From Octopus vulgaris (lineage: Eukaryota), in NCBI GenBank assembly GCA_951406725.2, contig OX597814.1, positions 210,862,001 through 210,926,000 on the forward strand: a DNA stretch of 64,000 nt, in the 5' to 3' direction. The notes beneath the pieces were generated by a model. The model worked only from the letters and a program-made list of their open reading frames with translations. It was not told the origin of the DNA and did no database searches. Within the stretch, counting starts at the first letter, position 1; each line of letters starts with the position of its first letter. Position numbers and translations under genes: made by a program. This document shows, piece after piece, positions 43,466-58,791 of this stretch.

Positions 43466-44263
43466 ACGTTTCTGTAGATAGGTAGACGGATAAATACATC
43501 TACACACACACATAACATATACGCAAACCTATATATATGTATACATAAAAATATATGCGCACGTATGCGGGTTCATGCATATCTATATATTTCACATATG
43601 GAAGTATAGATAATCATATAGAAATAGTTAAATATATTTGCATACAGAAATACACAACCGGCATACATTTGAACTTCAATGAATATATAAAACACATATA
43701 ATCTCGGAGTTGTCACATTGATCAAAATCAGCAAGATCTAACTGAAGGTTATAAACGTATGAAATCTGTTACCATTGGTAGAAATACAAGTGATACTTAT
43801 AAACACTTCACATGGCGGATTTGTAAGACAATTGTAAGCCAGAGTCTCTCGTACGTTCTTCTAATAACCCACATAACTTATATGTATAGATGAGTCTGTG
43901 TGTGTTCAAGTACGTGCACACATACATTGTTAGAGAAACCCAGTGAGAAAACACCCACACATATACGAGTACGTACGTGGACATGCGTACAAACATGATA
44001 TGAACAGAACACATATGATATACTGCGATGAGCTGTGGATTGTGATAACACGTTATTCGTCGCCCACTAGAGTTTGTGCTTTTAAGAAACAAGTGGATTA
44101 AGCAAGCTGGGGTGGGGGCAGCTGGATTAAACGGGCTGGGAAGCAGATGAATTAAACAGGCTAGGAGAGCCTAACAAGATATACTAAACTATTCTCAGTT
44201 GTTTTTAACAAACAATTAAATGTGTGTATCTGTACATGTGTGCGCATATGTATGTATATATAT

Positions 44264-44492
44264 TTCTTTACTACCCACAAGGGGCTAAACACAGAGGAGA
44301 CAAACAAGGACAGACAAACGGATTAAATCGATTACATCGACCCCATTGCGTAACTGGTGCTTAATTTATCGACCCCGGAAGGATGAAAGGCAAATTCGAC
44401 CTCGGCAGAATTTGAACTCGGAACGTAACGGCAGACGAAATACGGCAACGCATTTCGCCCGGCGTGCTAACGTTTCTGCCAGCACGCCGCCT
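44264..44492 (-). mobile_element. tRNA-derived SINE family B, full length
   Basis: Homologous to 23628-23857 including the ..tagccccttgtgggtagtaaagaaa tail. Confidence 0.9.
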
Positions 44493-45318
44493 TCTGTATG
44501 TATTTATGTATGTATGTATGTATGTATGTATGTATATATATGTATATGCATACATACATTCATGCATACATATAATATATATCTAAATGAAGATTGGTAT
44601 GATGTTTCCTTCTACGGCACCAATTTGTATTATTTGATTTCAAATCAAACTAATTTATACTGAATTTAGAAAGAAAATTAAACTGACATGGTATGTTTTC
44701 TTCAATCAGTTGGAACTTATAGACGCCAAACAAGAAATGGGCAACAATTTACAAAAGGGATTAATTCTCACTTAATGTAATTTCTTTCAATTTACATTAA
44801 TAGCTCCGACTGAGGTGTAAATAAATCAAGTTACTTTCATGAATGGAAAAAAAGAGCGTTCTAGGAAAAGATGATATGACAATCATAATAATATGTAATA
44901 TTTCAATGGGAATAAATAAAGTAGAGCAAAAAGCAAAATAAATTCATTTGATAGTGACCATTGCAAATATTAATTACGGAAAGTAAAGTTCAATCAATGC
45001 AAATATGATTACGTTTACATATTAAATAATGACTTCAAATTTGAGTAAATTAGTCCCAAATAAAGGTAATAAAAGGAAATAAGATTAATGATATTTTGGT
45101 CTTCAACTGATAAATAAATTTAACCGGACGAGTTGTCAAGAATTTTAAAGACAACAAGACAATTTTCATAAGTGATCCCCAATCACGTATTCTAAAACCA
45201 GCAATGGCCGACAATTAGGTTTTCTAATTCGTGTGCATATTTTTCTCAAGACCTTTGAACTTAATTAAACACACTACCGCACGAACACTCACGCATTCAC
45301 ACATACATATATACATAC

Positions 45319-45383
<65 letters not shown>

Positions 45384-45960
45384 CTCAAACAGACACATAT
45401 ATATTCATATTAACAAAGACGTATTTATGCATAGGCACAAACATACACACTTTTGTGTATACGGTGTAGGTGTGTATAGAATTATGTATTTAAGAATATT
45501 GCATATGTGCATACATTCTGATATATACATGCATATTTATATATATGTATATATGAATGTATGTATACGCATTTCTCTATAATTTCATTAGTATATATAT
45601 GTGTGCAAAATATAATTATTAAAATAATTACATGGGACAAGCAAGACTTGAATACATATGTATGATTTGATCCATCAGTTGTAATGAACGGGATGATTTT
45701 ACACGCATATTTGTATATATTCTTTTTGAATGTGTACAACATATTGGCAATGATTAATGAAATACGTAGAGGTATAGGGAATGCACTGCAGATGAAAGAG
45801 CATGATGAATGTTGATGACTGTTGCGAAGGAATATAGAGTGTGACACGTAAGGAATGAAACTAGCAAAGAATTTGATTGAAGTCTCTTAGTTGAAAAGCC
45901 GATAGTGTGAGCCAAGTAGAAAGGCGTACAGTTAAACCATACAGACGTACAGATGGGTAC

Positions 45961-46379
45961 TCTCCTTACTCTTTTACTCTTTTACTTGTTTCAGTCATTT
46001 GACTGCGGCCATGCTGGAGCACCGCCTTTAGTCGAGCAAATTGACCCCGGGACTTATTCTTTGTAAGCCCAGTACTTATTCTATCGGTCTCTTTTGCCGA
46101 ACCGCTAAGTGACGGGGACGTAAACACACCAGCATCGGTTGTCAAGCAATGCTAGGGGGACAAACACAGACACACAAACACACACACACATACACATATA
46201 TATATATATATACTTATATACGACAGGCCTCTTTCAGTTTCCGTCTACCAAATCCACTCACAAGGCTTTGGTCGGCCCGGGGCTATAGCAGAAGACACGT
46301 GCCCAAGGTGCCACGCAGTGGGACTGAACCCGGAACCATGTGGTTGATAAGCAATCTACTTACCACACAGCCACTCCTG
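45961..46379 (-). mobile_element. tRNA-derived SINE family A, full length
   Basis: Near-identical to 28397-28813. Confidence 0.92.
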
Positions 46380-47884
46380 TAATGTATCTCAATCAATATA
46401 ACGATGCCAGTTAAATAAAAATTGCGATATGATTTGTTACAACCAACGTTATAAAGGAACATGAAAGTAGTCGTGAACTTTCTCGTCACTTAAGCCGAAA
46501 ATTTGTCAATTGTTTATCCTACAGTATTGCTTTGGTAAAAACATTGATTTAGCATATAAATGAATGCTCTTCTACCAGTGAGTATTATGTATATTAAATA
46601 ATCAGTACAACCCAAACATACTGATAAGAATTCATTCTTGCAATTTTAACCAAATTTCTTTGGATATTAACACTGAATTTAAGCATATAATTCTCCGGTG
46701 CTTATAAAAGAGCAGATAAATTCTTCATGTATCTGTATTTAGTAAAATTCACATAACTGACGAAATGAAAAATTAATGATAAATATAACGTTATTTCACA
46801 TCCGAACTTATCACGTTTTCTCAACTTTAATATCCAGGTCTAATTGTTTGATTTACACGCAACTCTCTGTAAAGAAGTTCTTATGCTCAATAACATGCCT
46901 GTGAACAAAAAATAGAGCGTTGTTGACTTTTATTAGTTTTCGCTACGATTGAGTGAAGGTACTGGTACCCACTCCGCTTTCGCCTTCTAAAGAATCAGTT
47001 CATGCGTTTTATTTATATTATTGACAGAAACATGGAATTCGCACCAGGTATCTAATGATCGTACGGGAGATATAAGTGAATCCTGAGTAAAACTGTTTAT
47101 TATTCCTGACCATAACTACCATGTATTTAAATACTACGTAGCATTATATTTTAATATGCAATGTCCTTATGTAAGATCCTGTAGAGGTGTTTGAAGGAGA
47201 TATCATTGCCATATGCAGTATTTCGAACAACCACTGATGGGCTATCTCGATGACTCTTTGGTATTCGGAGGCTGGTCACCATTCACGAAATATTTGTATT
47301 TGTCACGTTTACCTTTCAGAGTCGGTTAAAAATTTGAACCCGAAAGAAATGAATTTGTTAGATATGCTTTCATCGACATCGTAATGAAGAGCTATTTTGG
47401 TTGCTGGTATGGAGTTAATAATATAAGGAAGAAAAAGTGTGAGTATAGATACTAGATTTTAAAATAATTTGCATTTGGTTATTGTGCATATATATTAATG
47501 AATTAGATAATATGACAAAAGTATCAATATTCTAATAAACACGCATTATGTAAGAACGATTTGCTTGAAATATGTCAGCGGATAAGAAGACAATAGTTGA
47601 TTGATATATTTATAACAGCAGTTATATCTCCATTGAATAGCAGTGAGTCATTGCTAAAAATATAGAGTGGGGAACGGCATGTCCAATTGAGTGATCTTAC
47701 ATACACTATTGTCAAACATTGTCTGTAGGAATGTCAATGAGTGTATCTGGAATTGTCCTCAGAGGTATAGGCGATGACAGCCGATTGGAAAACTGAGAGA
47801 AACATGAAATGATTGCCGATAGTTATTATAACGTGAATCAATACCGAATTCGCGAAAGTCCTCGGTTTCCTAGTTTATAAACAT

Positions 47885-48120
47885 ACCTGCCTATGTATAT
47901 CTCTGTTTGTGTGTCTATGTCTGTCTTTATTCCCCCGCCGTCGCTTTATAACCGGTGTTAGTGTGCTTATGTCCCCGTAACTTAGCAGTTCGGCAAATGA
48001 AACGAATAGGTCCCAGTCAAAATATGTAATAGGGTCAATTGCTTCAACTAAAAATTCTTCACGGTTGTGCCCCAGCATGACAGTAGTCTAATGACCAGAT
48101 AAAGGGAAAGATAAAAGATA
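47885..48120 (+). mobile_element. SINE family A, old 3' half
   Basis: tatgtccccgtaacttagcagttcggcaaa..gtgccccagcatgacagtagtctaatgac. Confidence 0.7.
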
Positions 48121-50889
48121 GTGAGGTCTAAAATTGATTGCTATATCACAGTAAACCTCAAGCTGACAGTAAACCTCAAGCATATACACAGCTTGTATAA
48201 ATAAAGCAAAATAGTTAATACTAGAAACTTTAATAGTGAACTCATGTCTCACATTTTCTCCAGTAGTGAATTATTTAGTCTCCGATTTGAAAACATTATT
48301 ATTTGACTTTAAACATGTTAGCAACAGGTAAAACTACATTAACAGAAGCTAAGATGAGCACATATATAATAGCTTAAATTGTATATATTTAGACCGGTTT
48401 CATTTTGAAACATATGTCTCATGTACATACATGATACATTCCTTCCCACTACTCAGATTGACTTATATTATATAAGTAACTTCTATTTCACGTTTTCTCC
48501 CTGCAGCAGCAACGAGATTTATGATCGAAAATCAGCGTACACTCACGCATTAATTTATTGATATATGAATACTTGTTAACAAGTGAATACTTGTTTATAC
48601 GTATGTACACTCATATATGCATATATGTATGTACATCATTACATAGTTTTATTTCAAAATTTCTTACCAAAGTTCTTTCACTAGAATTCCAATATCGCCA
48701 ACATAAAAGTTTTGTATGTAAGTACATGTGCTGGTTACTGTGTTTTCTTTTGCGTATGTATGTATGCATTAGCAGGTTTGTGTTCATATGTGAATGAATA
48801 TATAGTGAGGTATGCTAACGGAATAATTAAATAGATTTAAGTGCCCTGCAACGTTGAGACAGTGCAAATGTATCACCGCTGTAATGAAATGAATTAGAGT
48901 AAAATTACCTCTACTCGATTCAGTTTTAATAAGACAAGATAATTAGCTACTTGGCTTTACACGTAAATTTAATGATTTGGGGAGTTGTTGTAACCGCAAA
49001 TTACTAAAATGGAACTATGTCGATATTTAACTAAGTCTAGACATGTATTTTGATTTGAAAGTCTATTCCGTAAAAATCGATCGTTATATAACTCAGCATT
49101 CTAAAGTTAACGAACTTATCTCGAATGATCACTCTTAATGTTGATTCTTATTAATATCTTATAATAAATTTGTATGATAATAACGGAGTGTTTCTAATAA
49201 GTAAGTTGATGGTAATAACATCAGAAGAGATTCTAGATGTCACTAAAGGTACGAAATCTACAAATGACAGGTGTGTAAGCATCATATTATTCGACATGGG
49301 AAATTATATTAATCAGTCAAGTATTCGGTGCCATATAATGTAATCTACTTATTACCTTTTATAAAATTATAAACTTATGCCTATGTTAGAAAATACGATT
49401 TACTCTGTGTGTTGGCAAAATTGCTACAGTATTGAATTAAATGACATGGTGTATTTCTTCTACTTATTGGTGTTTTGTGCTCACGTATGCTTAGCATTTT
49501 ATCTCATGAAGAACTGGAGCCATCTCCAAACAATCTGAAGCCTTTCGATTATATTACAAGTAATTAATATCAATATTGCTGAACACACCTTTTCTATCAT
49601 TTCGTAATTGATAAAGAATTATTTATATTTCATCATAAGTCCTTAAATCCTTAAAAATGTTTTAGTCCGAAGACCGCGGCCATTCTGGGGCACCATCGCT
49701 GGAATAAATGTTAATAAAATCACGTTATTAAATTTAATTTATAACATGTTTACTTGGGTTCTTGTTTCAGAAATGGCCTTTAAACGAGAGGTTTTGTCAT
49801 TTTGATTCAGTCGCGTAAAATGTTTTACAAATCTATTCAAATATGTAACGTTGTAAAAGATGTCAAATTGTAAAATTCAGAAACGTTATCACATAAAGAG
49901 CAGATCAATAGCAAGGAACTCTACAGAAGAAAGTAATCAAAATTATAAAGGCATATCTTTATTTATTATAATTAAGAGCTTCCATCATCTGACATTCTGT
50001 GAGGAAAATATTTAAAGCCCTAAAACAAACACTGTTGGCAGCATAATATCAACTCATGTGAGAAATAACCGTCACTGTTTCAAGCAGAAATAACAGAAAG
50101 TATCAAAGACAACACCTCAAAAATGAACACCATAGTCACCATTATCCTTCAAATTCCTGCAAATATAATAAATAACAAATATAATAACTAACGGACCGGT
50201 GGTGCTACTGATGATAGTAAGTCTCAAAAATCCTCCCCCACTATCACCAAAAAATATGTTTCAACCGAGGTTGCTGTCGACTATTGCCAATACACATAAG
50301 GCAATAACGGTTTGCCAAACTATGCAGTCTTGGTTGAAATTTACCGTAAGCACATTTACAAAACACAAAGACATCGTGTTACCATTTGAAATACTAGCTG
50401 TCTAGAAAGTAGTCAATGCCAAAACTTGATATTGACTATTCAATATAGGTGTGGGAAGTGGAAACCACATGTATTAAAAGCTTAATTGCAAAACAAGCAT
50501 GAAAGAATAATGATACTGTAGTTCCGAACCTATGTAAAAACTAGGTGTCGTGGGCGTTGGGCATTGTCTTTAACTTAATGGAGAGGAGAATTCGAAAATA
50601 ATAAGATTTTCAAGCCCCTCTTTGAAAGAGTATATATTAATTTCGCTTTCTGTCGAGACTAATAAAGGAGGTTGTCAACAACATGTTAACGGGAAAGTTG
50701 AGGTAAGAATGAACTGGCCTGATTCCAAATAGAGGTGCCAATACTAAATGCATCTCCAAAACCGCTACCACGTTTGTTAAAAAAGTTAAGATACACTAAG
50801 TTTTGACAGACGTATAGATAATGAAAAGTTTTTATATTTTTTTGGTATTTTTTTCCACGAGTAAATTTAAGAACGCTATGTAATACGTT

Positions 50890-51512
50890 GTTAGTTTATA
50901 AATATCTTCGGAAAGATGAATATACAATTTACATGCTTATTGATTAAAAAAAAAATATTGATTTTTAATTTTTTATTTCTTTACTTTTTGTTAATTATAA
51001 TTTAGATACGTACATTTATTCAATTACTCTTCTTTTTATATTATTATATGTGAACTGTGATTTAAAGCATTAAGCATAGTTGCTTTGTGAAATAGTTTGT
51101 AACGTAAAATATTATAGTATAGGCAGTGAAAAGTTATTAAATTTTGTACTATTGAATTTAACTATAATATTAAGTACTTTCCTTTTTCCCTTAATACGCG
51201 AAGTATTAGATCTCGAAATATAAATGCTAAGTTATACGTTTTATATTCAAAATATGCTTTAGTTCATAAACGTCTTTGAAAAATAAGTATACACTATAGT
51301 TAAGAAATAATGGTGAAGTTTATATGATAATTGATTAAAAAGTATGTATTTCTAATTTTTTTATTTGTTTATTATAATTTCAGATACATGTTTTTATTTA
51401 ATTATTCTTATTATTATAATTATTATATTTGAACTACAATCTAAAAGCATTATCTGTAGTTGTTTTGGAAAATAGCTTATATCGTAAAATTTTATAGCAT
51501 GGGTAATGAAAT
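50890..51512 (+). repeat. Diverged direct duplication, period about 370 bp
   Basis: 50890-51135 aligns by eye with 51265-51512 (ttataattt.agatac..attattatat.tgaact..aaagcatta..tagttg.tttg.gaaatag..cgtaaaat). Confidence 0.7.
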
Positions 51513-51520
51513 TTAATAAT

Positions 51521-51606
<86 letters not shown>

Positions 51607-52198
51607 GTATTTTGTTTATTTTAACAATGACTGAAATATTAGTTTACTTATATAATAAGTTAAAATCGGTTGTGAATATATTTTTGAAATATATACAAAA
51701 TACCATTGCAAGGCTGTTGTGGCAACGTTGCTGATATAAGATATAACTCTATACATGTTTTGTATAGAATTTAGTACATAGTATCTGATCAAATTAGATG
51801 TTTATTTAATTAATAAATTAATATATAAAATTTTAATTAATAAATATAGATTACATTTTAGGAATTTAGCTTAACTTAAGTAGATGATTTATTTTAAGTA
51901 TTATTATTTTAATTAATTAGACTCTTATATTTTTCCAGTAAAGATATACTATAGTTTGTTAATATTATTCTCAAAACTAAAATATATACTCACAGATAAA
52001 ATATTTTTTCTTTCTATTTACTCTAGTTTTTTACCTTAGGTTTTTAACATGATAATTGTATTATAGACACGTGGTCTTACTTTTTGAGTTCCAAATTTAG
52101 TTAACGGAGTTTCTTCTATATGAAGAATCATGTTTATATTTATTTAACAAAATTTATTAAAAATATGTATTTATTTAACTATTATTATTATTATTGTT

Positions 52199-52288
52199 GA
52201 CCTGAGGAGCGACTATACTTTTAAATTAAATTGCTTTTTGATTAAATTTATATTTAATTGTAGTTATAGCCACGAAACGTACTTAGTT
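52199..52288 (+). ncRNA. Degenerate type I hammerhead ribozyme
   Basis: gac-CTGAGGA-gcgactata..tatagccac-GAAAC-gtac-TTA-gtt; stem II and III mismatches. Confidence 0.45.
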
Positions 52289-52511
52289 TTTTATCTATTA
52301 TATAATGTTTATTTATTTTTTGTACTTATTTTTATCCAGATATGTTTTATAATATATTTTATTTTTTCTATATGATATTGTTTAAATCTATCATTGTTTG
52401 AATTACATAATAGTGATTTTTCTCTAATTTGCATATGTTAAATATTTATATTTTAAAATTTGATTTAATACTAAATTGCATTTTTCGCTGTATGTTTCGA
52501 GTTATACTCCC

Positions 52512-52559
<48 letters not shown>

Positions 52560-53114
52560 GTGGATTATAAAAATACATTTCGAAGGATATATCATAAACA
52601 ATTCATAATTTGTGGATACATGTTTGGCCATTGATATATTTGTAAATAATATATGATATATACTTCGCAATGTATTTTTATATTCCTCTTTAATTATTTA
52701 ATTTTTTCACTCATATCCGGTGCATCGCCGTGGCTCAATTTAATGATCTTTTCTTATTAACGCTGTCCATGTTTGAATTCAGAATTTGAATGTGTAGAGG
52801 TTTACACATTATTCTTGCCAGTCGGAACACACGCAAGTCCCAAGATATGTAATTTTGCGCCAATTTGTATCCACAGGACTACTCTCCTGAAGAGAAGAAT
52901 GTAACCATTAGGTTCCTAACTTCGAAATTGCAATAGAAAATTAACCTTTCATTTAAAAGTTTTAACTTTTACGTCATGTCACCCGCCGACACTTTTATTG
53001 GGAAGAGATAGAAGATGAGTGGTTATAGTAGGCTTTTGGTTGTTTTGACTGCAATGTAAGGGTTTTTGCAACCCTCTCCTTTATCATTGTAATTTATTCA
53101 TAATTATAGTCACT

Positions 53115-53155
<41 letters not shown>

Positions 53156-53160
<5 letters not shown>

Positions 53161-53403
53161 GCGCCATTTTAAAGCCTAGCCAGGCTCATGGGCCGGTTTC
53201 CCGGTTTCTATGGCGCATGTGTTCCACAGCAGAACGGGACGCCAGTCCACCGCAGAATTACTCATTTTTGCCAGCTGAGTGGACTGGGGCAACGTGAAAT
53301 GTGTTTTGCTCAAGAACACAACGCGTTGCTCAGTCCAGAAATAGAAACCACAATCTTACGACAATGATGCTGATAGCCTAAACTCTAAGCCGCGCGCCTC
53401 CAC
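53156..53403 (-). mobile_element. tRNA-derived SINE family D
   Basis: Head gtggaggcgcgcggcttagagtttagg..gtggtttctatt; body ttgagcaaaacac..ggactggcgtcccg..agaaaccgggaaaccggccc; between (TA)n tracts. Confidence 0.7.
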
Positions 53404-53424
53404 GCGCACATACACACACATATG

Positions 53425-53507
<83 letters not shown>

Positions 53508-54258
53508 CAAGGCGGTTTCAAAAAGCTCCCGGACTGGTTCTGTAGAACCCTAACAGATGGCAGCACACGGTTGCATGCGCAGTGGGAGAAAGCAGTGACG
53601 TTTTACTGAAGCATCGTTTTGCGTGAGATCGCTGTGTTTACTTCCCATTTTGCTAAATTTGTGTTTTTGTGATCACGTGCCACTTGTAGTTTGTGAGGTT
53701 GTCATGGGCAGGAACAAAGAGCCAACGTAAAAGTGTGCAACAGAGAAATTCAGTATATTTCATCAATCTTACCACAACGAGGCAATTGGTGGTCTTGTGC
53801 ATCGAAAATTCGCATCCCCACCACGAGGGAAGACCGTATGTCAAGATATCTATAGCGGCTTGAGAGAGGACATTCGGAGAGAGTTACCGAATCAGAGGAG
53901 CATGAAGAATTGGATTCCTCACGAAGTCAATGCACCCTCTTGCTGAGCTGTCCTTATTTGTGAGCTTTTCGCCAGAAAACGAAATGTTATCGCTTTTGCC
54001 CCCGCCCTATTCGCCAAATTTACCACCTGCTTACCTCCATCTCTCCCACAAGATGAAAATGCAACTCGTTGTTAAGATCGAGAGCAAATCGCAGAAGGTC
54101 CTCATTTCGCTCAAGGGAAACAGCTTCTAGGCCGGATTCCAAATATCGCAGCAACGCTGGAGCCGGTACATTGCTTGAAGGATGATTAATTCGAAGGTAC
54201 ACAAGTTAATTTTTTATTAAAAATAACTATTTCTGGAACCTTTTGATAATGACTGGCA
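53508..54258 (+). mobile_element. Internally deleted mariner relic
   Basis: TA-caaggcggtttcaaaaagctcccggactgg left end, decayed complementary right end; LREDIRR..WIPHEVNAP and PPYSPNLPPAYLHL. Confidence 0.8.
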
Positions 54259-54276
54259 TATATATATATATATATA

Positions 54277-54462
54277 TATTGATAAAAATGGTAAGACAAC
54301 AAAAGAATGAAAGAGGCCTCGATATTATGTAAATAGAGGAATTTATCTGTAAATGTAATATGAGACAATTATTCGGTACTCATGATAAAACTCCGAGTTT
54401 CGGATGCCGAGTATGATATCCACGCCGCCATTCTTCAGTTACCCGGCCATCAGAAAAGAATG
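54277..54462 (-). mobile_element. Short hammerhead-bearing Penelope-like repeat, same family as 11298-11508
   Basis: Homology over about 180 bp; flanked by (TA)n and (CTAT)n. Confidence 0.7.
54385..54442 (-). ncRNA. Type I hammerhead ribozyme motif
   Basis: Minus strand gtaa-CTGAAGA-atggcgg..cggcatcc-GAAA-ctc-g-gag-TT-ttat; stem I gtaa/ttat pairs, base of stem II imperfect. Confidence 0.6.
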
Positions 54463-54531
<69 letters not shown>

Positions 54532-54534
54532 AAT

Positions 54535-54608
<74 letters not shown>

Positions 54609-54854
54609 GTGTGAGTGTGTGTGTTTGTGTGTGAATCAGATATTCTCCCTAAATGAATAAAGTTAGTGCTGAAGGTGTTAAAATTTTAGTGGGTGTAGAA
54701 GAAAATGTAAAGATAAGCAAGTTAGATCAAAATATAAAGTATATTAAAAATATGTAATACAAACATTGTATATTGTTTACATACATTAAATACAAATGCC
54801 TGAGAGCATAAAAGGAGTTGAAGAAAATCTGTGTGTGTGCGCGCGCGCGCGTTT

Positions 54855-55233
54855 GTGTGTGTTTACATACGAAAGTCGTCCGTGTTACACAGAATACAAA
54901 TAATGTCGAAAATTAATGGGTTTGAAGTATTACAAATTCAACAGCTGTTTCTGGGGACTGAGTAGTCCAAAGGAATGATTGTTAATTGATTTCATTGTAG
55001 GATCAGAGGACACTCCGTCTTTGATTAGAATAGACTTCCATCTTTGAACTTCTATCCTTCAACATCTCATACTTAGTTTGAAGTAGGACGACCATCCCAC
55101 CCTACGACAGATTCCACCTATAAACATTAGTTTGGAACACCGAGCCCCAGAAACAGCTGTTTGATTTTCTTCAACCCCATTAATTTTCTATCATAAAAAT
55201 ATATAACGTTTACCTCGGACCATTTTCGTATGT

Positions 55234-55245
<12 letters not shown>
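54855..55245. repeat. Imperfect inverted repeat (arms about 100 bp) with hammerhead 3' halves
   Basis: gtgtttacatacgaaa..aattaatggg.ttgaag..aacagctgtttctgggg versus ccccagaaacagctgtt..cttcaaccccattaatt..tttcgtatgtaaacac. Confidence 0.8.
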
Positions 55246-55276
<31 letters not shown>

Positions 55277-55450
55277 CAAACACATGTACACGCACACATA
55301 TTGTATTATTTAATATGCTTTAATATCTTGTTCTAACTTGCTTATTCTTACATTTACTTTATATACATACACACACACACACACATATATATATAAACAT
55401 AAATACATACATTCATACATATATATATACATAAATACATACATATATTC

Positions 55451-55482
<32 letters not shown>

Positions 55483-55492
55483 ATATATATAT

Positions 55493-55547
<55 letters not shown>

Positions 55548-56232
55548 TACATTTATATATATATGCATATAGATATACATGTATGTATGTATGCAAGTAT
55601 ATATATATGTATGTATCCATGTATTTATGTATGTATTTGCATATGGCTGTTAAATGTCAATGTATATAATGCTTTATGAAATAAAATAATAGGAAATTGT
55701 AGAAGAGATGCAGTTTTAGTCAGTATATATTTTTAGCTGTGAATGTTTGTGTTTATGTGGTCGTGTGCGAGTGTGTGTAGGTCTGCGCGCTTGCATGTTA
55801 ATTGATATCTGGCTATGTCTACATATGTTCGAATGACCTATATATATATATGCGTAGATTATATACAAATATAAATGCGGTATGACTGAACATCTATTGC
55901 CTGTAATATGTAATTTTATAGATGTCTTTGGTTAATAGCGCAGGTCAATTAAATCGATGGCCAACTAACATCTGTTGTTTGGTGTCACAATATACACGAC
56001 CCCACTTCTGGAAAATAGGTTGGGAAAATGGAGACATTTCAGAAAAGAAAAAAGAGAAAGGAGTAAATGTCATGTTTTCTTTTTTTGTTTTAGGACATTT
56101 TGTGTGTCTGTGTTTGTTTATGTGTTTGTGCATGTGTGTGTGATTGTGTTTGTGTGTGTGAGAACGTTTGTGCATGTGTGTGTATGTCCTTCTCAATCTA
56201 TCTATCTATCTATCTATCTGTCTGCCTATCTA

Positions 56233-56298
<66 letters not shown>

Positions 56299-56715
56299 TA
56301 TATACATAGACATATGGATTTATATTCCCACGCACATACGCACACACACACACAAACACACATACACACACATATATATATATACAGAGTGACAGATAGA
56401 AATGGAAGAATAGAGATGTGAATGTCTGAGCGTAAGACTTTGTGTGGCCGCGGTGGTAGTGGGCGTGTTTGTGTGAGAGACCATATACATATATACATAC
56501 ATACATACACAGACGCACACACGCACACACACACACACTCACACACACCCACACATATATATGCGACTGGTGATATATATTAAATATTATGGAAAGTTGG
56601 GATAAAACATCTGCCGTGAATTACATTGCTTGTTTATTCTCTTAGGAAAATATATTGATAAAGTTTGTTGCAATTTCATATACAATTAGTAGCTCTTGTT
56701 CTCTTTCTTTTCCCT

Positions 56716-56927
<212 letters not shown>

Positions 56928-57360
56928 GATGACCACAGTATCACAAATGCTATTAGCTGTATAGGGCTGCAGTAATACATTTCTAACATAGATATATGGC
57001 CTAAAACTTAAGAACGAAAAACTCCCTAAGTAAAAACCGTAACGAATTTTTTTCGAATCTCTAAATATTCAAACAAGTCCCCATTTGTTCTTATCATGTG
57101 CATGCTCCAGAAATTAGTGGGCAAATTTTAGTCATCTAAATCAGGGCCAATACTTCACTGGTATTTTATTTTATCGGCTAAGAAGAAATTGATGGGGTAA
57201 CTGACAACGTCCAGAATTCTACTAGTTTGAACAAATAAAACCAATGCATTTAGCCTGTTATTCGGAATATTCTCCATTTCCGTGTATGTGTGTGTATGTA
57301 TATGCATGTATGCATGTATATGTATATGCATATAAGTATATGTTTATATATATATGTGTG

Positions 57361-58000
57361 CTCTTTACTCTTTTACTCTTTTATTTGTTTCAGTCAGTTG
57401 ACTGCGGCCATGCTGGTGCAGCGCCTTTAGTCGATCAAATCGACCCCAGGATTTATTCTTTGGAAGCCTAATACTTATCCTATCGGTCTCGTTTGCCGAA
57501 CCACTAAGTTACGGGGACGTAAACACACTAGCATCGGTTGTCAAGTGATGTTGGGGGAAAAAACACAGACACACAAACATATACACACATACATAAATAT
57601 ACATATATCCGACGGGCTTCTTTCAGTTTCCATCTACAAATCCACTCGCAAGGCTTTGGTCGGACTGAGGCTATAGTAGAATACATTTACCCAAGGTTCC
57701 ACGCAGGGGGAATGAACCCGGCACCATGTGGCTGGTAAGCAAGCTACTTACTACACAGCTAGTGTGTAATTTTAAATGAGTTGCAAACACTCCTGTGTGT
57801 ATATATATATATATATATTTAATAATTTTAAAATTTTTTATTTGTTTCAGATATTTGACTGCAGCCATGCTGGAGCACTATCTTTAGTCGAACAAATCAA
57901 CCCCAGGAATTATCCTTTGTAAGCCTAGTACTTATTTTATCGGTTCTTTTGCTGAAACGCTAAGTTACGGGCACGTAAACACACCAGCATCGTTTGTCGT
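57361..58000 (-). mobile_element. SINE family A: diverged near-full copy (57361-57760) and 3' partial copy (57835-58000)
   Basis: Homology to other family A copies. Confidence 0.85.
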
Positions 58001-58154
58001 TTTTGTTTGTTTGTGCGCATGTGTGAGGATTAGTATGTGCGTGTGTGTATATGTGCTTATACATACATGCATGTTTGTATGCATGGGTGCTTATGCATGT
58101 TTGTGTGTATATAAGGTCATGTGTGTTTCAGTCGTATGTGTGCTTGTGTATTCA

Positions 58155-58196
<42 letters not shown>

Positions 58197-58575
58197 TACG
58201 CCCACCCACACGCATATACATACTTCTAACTACACACACACACGTAAACACACTCACACACACATATTTATATATACACCTACACACTCTCATATACATG
58301 AATACATCTTCTACATAATACATGCATACATCTACACTATTTTACTCGAGTAAACTGTAGGTATGATATCTACTATGTATACTTCCTATTTAGTATAGGG
58401 GAAGTTTCTTTTATGAGGACGTACTCCCGTACTAGTGTGAGTGTTCGGCCCTTTGGGTGCTTGGATAAGATGGGGATGTCAAGTTGACACAGGTTGCCTC
58501 CATGTTAGTCCTTGACATGTTAGTAGAATATTGAGGACTGTTTCTTGTCGTCTTATTGTCTCATATTGTGTGTGG

Positions 58576-58650
<75 letters not shown>

Positions 58651-58756
58651 TATATATAGTTAATCCAAACAAGAAAGCACAAAAAAACACAACAACGCGA
58701 GGACGTGGAACAAATATAGTATTATTGGACGCTCAGGAAAGAAGGAAAGAAGGAGG

Positions 58757-58791
58757 GTTAAACGTTTCGAGCGGAGCTCTTCGTCGGAAAC
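58757..58791 (-). ncRNA. Minimal type I hammerhead motif (U4C variant) in a short repeat at about 58660-58862
   Basis: Minus strand gttt-CCGACGA-a-gagc(tcc)gctc-GAAAC-GTT-taac; loopless palindromic ACGU stem III. Confidence 0.55.

Noticed and set aside
44095-44172. Three imperfect ~24-bp direct repeats (attaa.c.ggct.gg)
   Set aside because: Too short and degenerate; not CRISPR-like and no functional evidence
52877-52900. Possible plus-strand 24-nt exon (DYSPEEKN)
   Set aside because: Weak gtaacc donor and overlaps a stronger minus-strand acceptor; ambiguous
55970-56007. CxxU (C-I-L-TGA) selenoprotein-like reading
   Set aside because: No similarity to known selenoprotein contexts and no SECIS identified
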